From: Waterburya sp.
Lineage (GTDB): Bacteria > Cyanobacteriota > Cyanobacteriia > Cyanobacteriales > Xenococcaceae
Direction: 5' to 3'
Length of the DNA: 64,000 nucleotides
Assembly (NCBI GenBank): GCA_965217895.1
Contig: CBDCJV010000002.1
Coordinates: 1 to 64,000 of the forward strand
Below are positions 10,377-20,200 of the stretch, in pieces (the stretch's first letter is position 1; every line of letters begins with the position of its first letter). A program made the position numbers and the translations under genes. The notes under the pieces are model-generated. The model searched no databases. It saw only the letters and a list, made by a program, of their open reading frames with translations, and had not been told where the DNA came from.

Positions 10377-10412
10377 CCTAGTATATTTCCCTTGCCTAGT
10401 ATATTTCCCTTG
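10377..10412. repeat. Perfect 18-bp tandem repeat x2
   Basis: CCTAGTATATTTCCCTTG twice, followed by an AT-rich tract. Confidence 0.9.
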
Positions 10413-10679
10413 GAGCGAAGCGGAATAGGGTTATTAATATAATTGCTTTTAAAAACACTAACGTCAATAGTTGTGTAATTATTATTTACAATAAAAATAA
10501 TAATTTTAATTATTTAAAAAATAAGCCAATTTTTAGCTAAAATTTCCGTATTTTTCCTGATGCGAGTCAAAAAAAAAACGATAGTAGATTAAGTTTAAAA
10601 AGTCAAATCTACTTACCTTTGAATCAAAGCTCTGAGAGATTGCCTTTAAAGCTTTAGCTAACAATTCAATAGGAAAACT

Positions 10680-10991
10680 ATGCCTGAAATAGAGACTATT
10701 ACCTGGCGAGAAATGACGGGTAATAAGTTTATCAAAGCTTTGCACCCCGCTATGGTTAGCGAGGCTGGATACGAGTGTAATAAAAGTATTCGACGTATTG
10801 GCGATCCAGTACCGACCATGTTTAAAGTTATTTACGACCGTCAATATGTAATCAATTACATAGGAAAAGGAGTCTGCAAAACACTTTTTGTTTTAGGTAA
10901 AGAAGGAGTGTTAGATCTTGTTGACGAAGCTTGGGATAATTACTACGGGGTTCTAGACAACAAGAAGCGCTCTTACGAGGAATCTGCTTGA
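10680..10991 (+). CDS. 103-aa hypothetical protein
   Basis: RBS-like AGGA before ATG; first of second rightward operon. Confidence 0.6.
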   Translation: MPEIETITWREMTGNKFIKALHPAMVSEAGYECNKSIRRIGDPVPTMFKVIYDRQYVINYIGKGVCKTLFVLGKEGVLDLVDEAWDNYYGVLDNKKRSYEESA

Positions 10992-11515
10992 TGCCAGCGA
11001 GACCAAAATATAAAGCCGTGCCTGTTTTTTGGAATACAGAACTCTGTTCTGTCCTTGACTCTAGGAATTTAGAAATATATCGAGTAAAAGGCAGGCTAAA
11101 TCTCCCCGAGCATATCTGGAGGTTTGACTCCCAGCACGAGTTTAAAACATATCTAGAGCTATGCAGAATGTACGGTGAAAACAGGATAATTAGACAGCTA
11201 CCAGTATCAATACTAAAGCCTAGTTATTGTTATCCAAGAGGGAAAACATGGAAAGTCGATTTTGCCATTTCTAATAATTCTCAACCTAACAAACCTTTGT
11301 TTTTTGTAGAGGCAAAAGGTGCATTCTTAACAGAATTTGCTCTTATCTTAGGAATCTTAGAAGAACTTCGGTTTAATATTTTCCGCAGGCTTAGAATTGT
11401 CTTTCCTGAAAAGCTACCAGTTGAAAACAAGATGGTTAAAACACTGCTTCAGTCCGACTTCAAAAAAAATCTGTTGACCTTAAAAGAACTAGAAAAATTA
11501 AAAATATTACGATGA
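10988..11515 (+). CDS. PD-(D/E)XK-type nuclease, DUF1064-like
   Basis: FDSQHE...VDF...VEAKG pattern. Confidence 0.65.
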   Translation: MMPARPKYKAVPVFWNTELCSVLDSRNLEIYRVKGRLNLPEHIWRFDSQHEFKTYLELCRMYGENRIIRQLPVSILKPSYCYPRGKTWKVDFAISNNSQPNKPLFFVEAKGAFLTEFALILGILEELRFNIFRRLRIVFPEKLPVENKMVKTLLQSDFKKNLLTLKELEKLKILR

Positions 11516-11733
11516 CACCAATAGAATCACCTTACGATGTTCGACTCGTTACTTTAATCGGCTTGGCTATAAACGCGGTTGAAACACTAGCACTAGAACA
11601 GAACAAAAATCCAGAACAGCTTGTAGCCGAGCTGCTGTATGTGACAAATAAAAGGCTGCACGAAATAGGGGAAGAAGATTATTTCAAGAAGTTGTCTTCT
11701 TTCTACCCTATTCTCTCTGAGACAATCTACTAA
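11512..11733 (+). CDS. 73-aa hypothetical protein
   Basis: ATGA overlap with upstream ORF. Confidence 0.55.
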   Translation: MTPIESPYDVRLVTLIGLAINAVETLALEQNKNPEQLVAELLYVTNKRLHEIGEEDYFKKLSSFYPILSETIY

Positions 11734-11766
11734 TTATTTCAACGCAAACATATATCGAGAACAGTA

Positions 11767-12486
11767 ATGACAGTAAAGTATTTAGACCCCTACAAAGACG
11801 ACCTCTATGGCAAACTCAAAGGAGACAAAGCAGAAACATATTTCAAAGTTACCTTTGATGAAGCTAAAGTATACCCTACGAATGATGCTTACATTATCGC
11901 TGCTTTTGTCACTAGTTATTCTGGCATCGTCAGAAGCTTCAAAGCAAGTGAAGTACTCGTGCCTGGATTATGCGCCATACCTATCTACGGACAAGAATAC
12001 GAAATAAGAGAAAAAGATGCTAACGGCAATTGGCAGGGTATCAAGTATCAACCGTCGGTTTTTGAAAAGGCTTTATACGAATATATCAAAACAAACGAAG
12101 CCTTTTTTATCCCTCCTTCTGGTGGCATCAAAGGAGAACTTGCTTTTATTCCTAACGGGATATGTGCATCGATGGACCAGGCTAGCCTGGAGGCACTGGT
12201 AGCAACCAACGCCAAAACTGAGGTCATCGATCTTAGCGGTAAGTTACCGCAATATACTCCACCGTCGAACGGTGGTTTTAAGAAGAATGGTGGGGATAGC
12301 AAAGGAGCTTCGATAGAAGAGAAACTAGCTTTTCTTAAAAAGCAGATGACTGCGGATATCAAAGACACTAGCTATACCGAGGAAGATTCCTTGGCTACTC
12401 TGACAAGACGAGTTCACACAGAGAACGAAGACTGCGAAGGCTTTTCCGATATCTACTTTGAGATGTTAATGGCAATTATCAGATAA
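11767..12486 (+). CDS. 239-aa hypothetical protein, possibly ssDNA-binding/replication related
   Basis: ORF directly upstream of ATPase; Gly-rich linker. Confidence 0.55.
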   Translation: MTVKYLDPYKDDLYGKLKGDKAETYFKVTFDEAKVYPTNDAYIIAAFVTSYSGIVRSFKASEVLVPGLCAIPIYGQEYEIREKDANGNWQGIKYQPSVFEKALYEYIKTNEAFFIPPSGGIKGELAFIPNGICASMDQASLEALVATNAKTEVIDLSGKLPQYTPPSNGGFKKNGGDSKGASIEEKLAFLKKQMTADIKDTSYTEEDSLATLTRRVHTENEDCEGFSDIYFEMLMAIIR

Positions 12487-12488
12487 CT

Positions 12489-13682
12489 ATGGCTTACGAT
12501 TACTCAACCTTGTTTGTGTCTGAGGACGGCATAAGCGACACCTGGAGGGAAATTTATAGTGACAATTTGACTCTTCCTGGAAACTTGCTAAACATCCTCA
12601 AGCAAACAATATTTCTGCCTCATGACTTTTACGATATTATCGCTACTTACTTTATGCTCCCTTCTGCTTTGTGTAAGATTGTTCCTTATTTGTTCCTCAA
12701 CGGACAATCGGGAAGTGGCAAATCAACGCTTGCTAAACTGGCTAGTTGTCTACACGGTGTTCCTATTAACTCTAGTAGTGATACTTTTGCTGGCATAAGA
12801 AACAGCTTAGAAGAAAGAAGGACCGCCTGGGCAGAAGTGCCAGTAGCAGAAGGAGAAAATCAATCTCCTTACAAGACAGTCGAAAGAAATACCTGTATGG
12901 TTTGGGACGACGTTAGTGCTAACACCTTTACCAGTAGTCCAGAGCTGTACAATATGTTTAAGTTTGGGTATGACAAAAGTACAGATAAGATTGTTGTCTC
13001 GTCTAAAGAAACAGGAGTCAATATAGAGTTTAGGTGCTTTTGTCCTAAAGTGTTTTCTAGCATCTCACCTCTGCATCTAGACGATCGCTTTAAAGAACTA
13101 AGGAGGCGACTGATAGTAATCCCTTGTAGTCGCGTAGAGGAACTTTCAGACAATCGTAAGATCGAGTTAGGGATAACCGATGATAACTGGCAAAGTGCGT
13201 TACTGGATATATCTGCTTATAGCTGGAAAGGGTTCTCTAAGCTATATGATGAGTTTTGGGACATCGACGTAGCTAGTACTTTTGTTACTGCTAGGCGTAT
13301 TTTAAGCAAGTCAGTAAAAGGACTAGGTTCTCAACAAAGAACTATTAGCCTTGACATGATGGCTTGTGGGATTGCCACTGGTATCTGGTCAGACGACACG
13401 GAAGCAGTTAACAGGATGAGAGATTATTGGTTTTGGTTTAAAAGGGAAACCGAAAAGAGCGCGGGGTTAAGTAGTCTGCTTAGAGATTTTGTAGCTACTG
13501 AAACCAAGAATGCCTTGAACGCCAACATGGAACTGATACTCTATACAGCTCAAATACGCGGTCAAGTAGATATGTGGGTACAGCAAGGTTGGTTGTTTGA
13601 AGCTCCTAAGCCAAGAGACACTAAAGAGTGTTTGCTTGATTTGGGATTGAGATTGCAAAAAGGCAAATGGACTAAAGGATAA
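12489..13682 (+). CDS. P-loop ATPase (helicase/primase-associated type)
   Basis: Walker A GQSGSGKS, Walker B MVWDD, ELRRR arginine-finger-like motif. Confidence 0.8.
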   Translation: MAYDYSTLFVSEDGISDTWREIYSDNLTLPGNLLNILKQTIFLPHDFYDIIATYFMLPSALCKIVPYLFLNGQSGSGKSTLAKLASCLHGVPINSSSDTFAGIRNSLEERRTAWAEVPVAEGENQSPYKTVERNTCMVWDDVSANTFTSSPELYNMFKFGYDKSTDKIVVSSKETGVNIEFRCFCPKVFSSISPLHLDDRFKELRRRLIVIPCSRVEELSDNRKIELGITDDNWQSALLDISAYSWKGFSKLYDEFWDIDVASTFVTARRILSKSVKGLGSQQRTISLDMMACGIATGIWSDDTEAVNRMRDYWFWFKRETEKSAGLSSLLRDFVATETKNALNANMELILYTAQIRGQVDMWVQQGWLFEAPKPRDTKECLLDLGLRLQKGKWTKG

Positions 13683-13689
13683 GAAGATT

Positions 13690-14022
13690 ATGAAATTTAC
13701 ACAAGAAGAAAAATTTTTTCTATTGCTTGCTTTATCGGAAAAATCGGAAAGGAACGCCAACGCTTTGAAGAAGCTTGAAAACAATAAAGGTCGCCTGTCT
13801 TTTCGTAGTCTTCAAGAGCTAGAAGAAGGGTTAATTAGTGCTCGTGCAGCCGAATTAGGCTTTATGCTAATGCGCAAGATAATTAAAAGTCAGAAGCCAA
13901 TACCCGAAAGCTTTGAAGCTCTAAGAGAAATCGATGGAAATATTCTTACCTCTAGAGCAATAATAGCGGTTTTAGAAGCCTGTGAAGAATTTGATTGGAC
14001 AAAAGCAGCAGGGTGCAATTAA
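13690..14022 (+). CDS. 110-aa hypothetical protein
   Basis: Operon packing. Confidence 0.55.
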   Translation: MKFTQEEKFFLLLALSEKSERNANALKKLENNKGRLSFRSLQELEEGLISARAAELGFMLMRKIIKSQKPIPESFEALREIDGNILTSRAIIAVLEACEEFDWTKAAGCN

Positions 14023-14251
14023 GTTCTGGTCGCTGAAGCACGCGATAGATGACGAGGTAGCTATTTTAGGCTGGTCTACTACAGCCTGCATATCTGTCAT
14101 CAAGAAACGCTATGAGAAGCGTTCTAGGTTGCTTTTAAGCGATGAACAGCTTGAAGACCTGTTAACGTACCTACGTCTTTTAAACGCTGGTGGTGATACT
14201 CAAAAATTACTCACTAAGAAGGAAAAGCGTAAGAAGCGTAGGCGTAAGTAA
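13982..14251 (+). CDS. 89-aa basic hypothetical protein
   Basis: Lys/Arg-rich C-terminus; start uncertain. Confidence 0.5.
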   Translation: MKNLIGQKQQGAIKFWSLKHAIDDEVAILGWSTTACISVIKKRYEKRSRLLLSDEQLEDLLTYLRLLNAGGDTQKLLTKKEKRKKRRRK

Positions 14252-14308
14252 AAAACGTACAACGCAGTGTACAACGCTCTAGAAATATACAAACACTAAA
14301 GGAGGCTC

Positions 14309-14617
14309 ATGAGAAAAAGAAATAGGCTACACAAAGGGTTTTCGCTGGATATCGAAACAATAGAAGCAATAAAAATAAAGTCCATTGAAGAAAAGGACAA
14401 CGATAGTAGAGCTTTAGATGTAATCGTACGTGAGTGGAGGGAGTTTGAACAGAGACAAAAATACGCCGAGCAAAACCGCACTTTCAATGACGAGGAATTG
14501 CTCAAAAAAGTATCATCTCTTTGTAGGCGCTCTTTTGAGCTTTATGACGAGATCTCAGATCTAAGGTCAGAAATCAACACTAATGTCTGGGAGACTAAGA
14601 GGGAAGAGGCTATATAG
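14309..14617 (+). CDS. RHH-like protein
   Basis: Strong RBS AAGGAGG; KGFSLD..TIEAIK...SRALDVIVREW. Confidence 0.6.
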   Translation: MRKRNRLHKGFSLDIETIEAIKIKSIEEKDNDSRALDVIVREWREFEQRQKYAEQNRTFNDEELLKKVSSLCRRSFELYDEISDLRSEINTNVWETKREEAI

Positions 14618-14769
14618 CCTCTATTGTACATTGTTTGTCCTCAATTCAGCCGAACAGTTTTCTTGGTACTGGGAAGCAGAGAAAACAGATGCTTACATAG
14701 TCACTCAAATTAAGCGGTTTGGGACGGTTTTGAAGATTTGGTTTTTTTTACAAATACGAAAGGAATATT

Positions 14770-15033
14770 ATGAACAAAAAAGAAATACTAGAGCTTATTA
14801 CTGACTCAAGCGAAAGAGACTTGCTAAAAGTTGAAGAATTAGCAACCGAATATAATGTAAATTTTGATATTGCTACGAGGCTAGTCATAAAAAACTGGTT
14901 TGACTACCAAGAAGAAAAGCAGTTAGAAGACGGATCGAAGTTACTTCGTTTAGGAGGTTTAAAAGAAAAACTGATTTCTACAGATGGGATAGTAGATAAG
15001 ATGATAGAAAAGCTAGAAAGCGATCGAAAATAG
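14770..15033 (+). CDS. 87-aa hypothetical, RHH-like
   Basis: RBS AAGGA; VEELATEYNVNFDIATRLVIKNW. Confidence 0.5.
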   Translation: MNKKEILELITDSSERDLLKVEELATEYNVNFDIATRLVIKNWFDYQEEKQLEDGSKLLRLGGLKEKLISTDGIVDKMIEKLESDRK

Positions 15034-15157
15034 ACTAATAGAGGTAAGGGAAAATAGAAATAATCCACTACTTCCCTAACAGGATGTGCATTAAGCTTAA
15101 ATCTCATTCTCGTGCGAGTAGAGGTTAGGATAAATTTCAGATACTAGATTTGACATA

Positions 15158-15197
15158 ATGACGGAGTTGTGATATTTTGCAACCCGTCATTTTTTTG
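15158..15197 (+). terminator. Intrinsic terminator
   Basis: tgacggagttg...caacccgtca followed by T run. Confidence 0.6.
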
Positions 15198-15357
15198 TGC
15201 TTATCTAACCGCTCGATAAATTGGGGTACATAAGTACCCTATTGCTTTTTGTTTAGGAGCTTTGTATATTTAGTTTTGAGTAAGTTTTGAGTAAATCAAC
15301 GTTGACCGTAAAAGGTCGTTGCGATGAAAGTCGGTTGAGATGAGGCTTTGAGCCGAA

Positions 15358-15443
15358 TGGGGGTAGGGAGACTTGAACTCCCACGACCTTTTACGGTCAA
15401 CGGATTTTAAATCCGCAGCGTCTACCAATTCCGCCATACCCCC
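15358..15443 (-). tRNA. trnL: tRNA-Leu(UAA), intronless
   Basis: GGGGGTA/TACCCCC acceptor stem, anticodon TAA, long variable arm, GTTCAA T-loop. Confidence 0.95.
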
Positions 15444-15704
15444 TGGCATAGATTCTGTTAAAAAATAGCTTTTTTTAACAAAGACTAATATATCATACAG
15501 TGTTGAGATATTGAGCGCAATTTAGGGTTTTAAATAATTAGCTCGGCATAAAAGCCAAAGTATACTAGCGTTTTCGAGTAAATTTCAAGAATTAGCGGGT
15601 TCGGAATTTGCAAAAAAAAACAACAAGCTAGAAATATAATGTGACTAATCTAACTTATTGCTTGGTTGGTGTGAGTAAACTTATAAATCTAACTTAAATA
15701 AAAA

Positions 15705-16907
15705 TTAGTAATTAGCTCTTTGAGGCTGAGGTAATACGCCGACTTTTACCTCAATTTTTCTCTGTTTGCCGTTGCTCTGTATACTTAGAGGTAGTCGATC
15801 GCCTACTTGGGTTTTGGCAACTATCTGCTGTACTTCATCAGCTTTACTGACCTGTCGATCGCCAATCTTTTGAATTATGTCTCCCGAGCGCAATCCTGCA
15901 TTGTCCGCGGGAGAGTTAGGGACGACACCTACAATTAAAATGCCTTTGTTTGCGCTTAATTCTATGTTTTTTTGGCTTTTTAGCTGTTTTTTAAGGTCAG
16001 GGGTAATTTCTGCCATTTGAATGCCTAAAAATGGATGATCTGCTTTGCCTTTGGCAATCAATTCTTCGGCTATATCTCTGGCGGTATTAACAGGAATCGC
16101 AAAACCAATTCCCTGGGCGTTTTGAATAATAGCGGTATTGACTCCAATCACTTCACCTTGGGCATTGAGCAATGGTCCTCCAGAGTTACCAGGGTTAATG
16201 GCAGCATCAGTTTGGATAAAGCTAACCTGCTTGTCAGCAACTCCTATCTGCGCGCTGGTTCTACCTGTAGCACTAACGATACCAGTAGTAACGGTATTAT
16301 CTAAGCCTAAAGGATTACCGATCGCGATCGCCCATTCTCCAGGCTGTAACTGATCGGAATCTGCAAAAGTAACGGCGGGTAAACCTTCTGCCTCTATTTT
16401 GATTACCGCTACATCAGTCAAGGAGTCTGTCCCCATGACTCTTCCTTTGTATGTGCGACCATTTTTAAGAGTTACTTCTACTTTGTCACTACCGTCTACC
16501 ACATGAGCATTGGTAACAATCAAACCATCAGAGCTAACTACAAATCCAGAGCCAACGCCTCTTTGAACCTGTTGACTGGGTATATTGGGGATCTGCGAGC
16601 CAAAAAATTGACGGAAGACAGGATCGTTGAGCAGAGGAGAAGCATTAGTCGAAACAGTGCGAGATGCGTCGATACGGACTACCGAGTCGCCTACCTGCTG
16701 CACTACATTACTGACATAATTTTGGGGTAGAGCGATCGCTGCTTGACCAGATTCATCTTCTGTAGTGGCCGTAGAAGATTCTGCTGATTCGTTAGCAACA
16801 GTGTGGGGGGAATTGATTAAATAATTGCCACCCAGGGCTATTCCACCTCCTAACAGAAGTAGAGAAGCAGAGGCTGTTGCTTTTTGCAAAGGTGATAGTT
16901 TTGTCAT
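15705..16907 (-). CDS. HtrA/HhoA-family serine protease with PDZ domain
   Basis: TNAHV, QTDAAINPGNSGGPL. Confidence 0.93.
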   Translation of the reverse strand: MTKLSPLQKATASASLLLLGGGIALGGNYLINSPHTVANESAESSTATTEDESGQAAIALPQNYVSNVVQQVGDSVVRIDASRTVSTNASPLLNDPVFRQFFGSQIPNIPSQQVQRGVGSGFVVSSDGLIVTNAHVVDGSDKVEVTLKNGRTYKGRVMGTDSLTDVAVIKIEAEGLPAVTFADSDQLQPGEWAIAIGNPLGLDNTVTTGIVSATGRTSAQIGVADKQVSFIQTDAAINPGNSGGPLLNAQGEVIGVNTAIIQNAQGIGFAIPVNTARDIAEELIAKGKADHPFLGIQMAEITPDLKKQLKSQKNIELSANKGILIVGVVPNSPADNAGLRSGDIIQKIGDRQVSKADEVQQIVAKTQVGDRLPLSIQSNGKQRKIEVKVGVLPQPQRANY

Positions 16908-17109
16908 TAATTAATTTAGTTTTATTTTTAATATTTAATTTAGTTGATAATTAGATATAAATAAAATTAACTATTGATTTCTGATTTAAGCCAGAATGTC
17001 TATCTTTCTAATTTAGATAGATGATGTGTCTTTGGTGTGACAATATTTTGAATTTTGAATGATATTTTACGCTTAATGTGAATTAATAATCGTTTAGATT
17101 TGTTGGTTT

Positions 17110-17142
17110 TTAGCTCTTAGCTTTTAGCTTTTAGCTCTTAGC
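17110..17142. repeat. Heptamer tandem repeat (TTAGCTY)n, STRR-like
   Basis: About 4.7 units. Confidence 0.8.
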
Positions 17143-17279
17143 CACTAAGAACAAATATAAAGTCAGACTTTTTTTCCGTCTACTTTTAAAATCTTGAAGC
17201 TACCAAGCCTAAACATATGCTCAACCGAACTAGCGTTAATTAAGATATAAAAGGAGCGTAAGTTGATTGTGCTAGTTTT

Positions 17280-20200
17280 ATGTCCCACAACGATGACTAC
17301 ATTGACGCAGTGAATCCTCAAGCTAATTCTTGGTTGAGCTTAGAAATATACGTTCAAGCTAATCAGCCCAATTTATTGCAGGGTTTAGATCAATGGTTGC
17401 AGTTGGATTTGATTAGCGAAGCACAAGTTAAAAAGATATGTCGCCATCATTTAAGCTGTCCTTTACCTGAGATAGAAGTTGCCAGTAATTTAGCAGCAAC
17501 TCAATCAGATTCTTTAGTAGCTGCCAAAACTTTAGTTAAAGCTGCACCTCAACCTAATATGGTTACGCAAGTATGGCTAAGGTTTTTAGATGAATTGAGT
17601 ATTCGCTGGCTATTATTTTTGGGTATATTTTTAGTGGTTATCTCCTCTAGTGTGCTAGCAGCGAGCCAATGGAATAATTTTCCTAAGTTTGGACAATATT
17701 TAATTCTTCTAGCCTATACTCTTTGCTTTTGGGGCTTTAGTTTTTGGTCAAGTAAACAAGATGATTTGAAGTTAACTTCCCAAACCCTAAGCGCGATCGC
17801 AACTTTATTAATTCCGATTAACTTCTGGGCTATTAATCACTTTGGTTTGGGTAGTAATATCTGGGAATGGATAACTATTGCTATTGCTTTTGTTACCTTG
17901 ACAGCTACGATTTATTTTAAGTTTCAACTAAGAAAAACAGACACAAACAAGTTTTTTGCACCGTTCTTTTTAATACTTAGCTATCTACATTTAGGCTGGA
18001 AGTTGCCTATTTTGCCACTGATTGCGGTATATAGCGGTATTATTGCCATTAGTTTAATTCACTACAAATTCTTCTTACCACGACCAAAATATCCTAGAAA
18101 TAATTTATTATTTTTATTTGCTGCATGGTCATTACTATTAGCTAGAGGATTAATAGATAGCACCTATACAAACTATAACTTAGCGATCGCTTTATTCGCT
18201 TGGCTACTAGGGACAATTTATTTAACTCAAGATCGAACTAAGTTAGAAATAATAAATACTACAGCAATATTTCTAAGCCGTATCTGGCAGTTTATTAGTC
18301 TGCTTATCTTAAGCTTGGCCTGGATAATGTCGATTGTCTCAGGAGTTGCGTGGTCAAATTCCCTTTACTGGCAAACTGTTTGTATAAGTGTCTTAGCTAT
18401 TCATTTATTTAGTCAAAGGCTAACTCTTTATTGGCGCAAGCGAGATTTAACCGCCATCTTTTTGATTGGCTTGCAAACTCTATATGTCTCCAAAGAATTA
18501 ATCCCTAGTAGTTTACGCAGCCAAGCTTTAGATCTGTCTGTAGCGGTTAGCAAAACTGAATATTTTCCTGAGTCAGTATTTGGGATAACTCTTTTTCCCT
18601 ACGTCATCCTGTTTGTTTTTATTGCCAGTTGGTTGTATCGTCAGCAAAAGCTTCAGTTGGCTTTATATGCTGAATGGCTTACCTTGATTTTGGGTATAGC
18701 CCTAACCTGTCTTAGTTTATCAAATCCTACTTGGCGATCGCTAAATTTACTTTTGTCTACTGCTACTCTAGGCTATGTTGCCTATATTCGTCAGCCTTTG
18801 AGAAACACCCTGGTTTACCTAACTCACTTGTTGGGTTTAGTTACCGTAATTAACGCAATTGCCGTTAGCTTTCCTAATTTGAGTAAGTCAGCGTGGGGCG
18901 GTATTTTGGTTTTACTCATGGTTGGAGAATGGGGAATATATCTAAATCAAATAAAGCAGCCAAGAATTATTACTTTTACTTCTAGATCTCGACTACGGCA
19001 AAGCTTTTGGTATTTTGGTTTATTATTAGCTGCTGTTAGCTATACCTGTTTTTTGTCTCAAGTAGAAGGGTTAGCGACTCCTGTAACTTTTCGCTGGGGT
19101 TTAGTTTGGTTAATTATCCCTGGGATGTTGACTCTAATTACCAAATATACCCGCAATATTCAACAGCGTCGATTAGCAACTTCTCTTAGCTGCATAGCTT
19201 TAATCTTGGCTCAATTATTGGTTTTTGGGCAAGGTGAAACTAGATTTATTGCCTTGGTGATCGCGATTGGCTTGATGTACATTAATGCCTTTAACCTGCG
19301 TCGCACTACAGTTACGGCAATTCATTTAGGTTTTGGGTTAAGTCTAGCTGCCAGCTTACTAAGTAGCTTTATTAATAATTGGCATTGGTTGCCAATAGGT
19401 GCGTTAACTATCCTGGGTTTATATCAGTTTCGACTTTATCTAAAAAAAGCGATCGCCATACCCAAGTTCGACTATATCTCTCAACGCACTGCCCACGGAA
19501 TCTTGGGAGTCGGGATAGAAGCCAAAAACTATAAGCTGATGGGTAAATATATCCAGGCAGCAGACTATTGGGCGATCGCTTTAATTGCTGTTGAATTAGC
19601 TATAGTCAGCATTATCTATCTTAATTTGCAGAATTTTGGGCAATATTCCCAGTATTTGCTCACCAATATTTTACTTGTAGTGGCTATTTTTTGGCGTTAT
19701 CGTCAGCAACCTAATAATCTAGTTTTATATACTCTGGTTTGGCTAGGGGAATTATTGGCGATAGGTGTAGCTGTACTTCTGGGAGGTAATGGTTTAGTCT
19801 GGGCGATCGCTAATGTTATTCTGGGATTATTATGTTTAATTATTATCGCTTGGTTAGCTCAAACCGATTCACCCTGGGCAAGATTGAATTTAGCTTACGT
19901 GCCTTTGGTTTACGCTGCTTTAGGCATAATCTGGCGACTTACCCACTTTGACTCTTATACAGGATTATTAACTCTAGGGGCAGCCTTAACTCTAGTTAAT
20001 ACTCGCCAAAATAATAATCAAATTAATAAACTAATTAACTATCTTGGTTTGGCAGGGATTTCTGTTGGGATCTATGAATTAGTTATTTATCGGCTGTTGC
20101 AGGCATCAGCTAGAAGTACGGCAGACGGCTTAACTATCTTAGCTTTAGTAGCTGCTGCGATCGCCTTTACATATCGTTTAAGCGCTTGGTGGTATCGTCA

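Larger units (their letters stand above)
219..15383. mobile_element. Integrated prophage-like element (~15.1 kb) at tRNA-Leu(UAA) 3' end
   Basis: Bounded by a 26-bp direct repeat of the tRNA 3' end (219-244 = 15358-15383); integrase at left end; lysozyme and compact phage-like ORFs; HIP1-poor. Confidence 0.9.

Noticed and set aside
2721..13682. Element 1 as an inovirus
   Set aside because: No Zot-like membrane ATPase or small single-TM coat genes recognised, and it encodes a lysozyme
2652..14280. 29-bp motif copies as CRISPR repeats or integron attC sites
   Set aside because: Copies are kilobases apart, no cas genes are present, and RYYYAAC/GTTRRRY ends are not evident
15358..15443. Group I intron in tRNA-Leu(UAA)
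   Set aside because: Anticodon loop is continuous; intronless alleles are known
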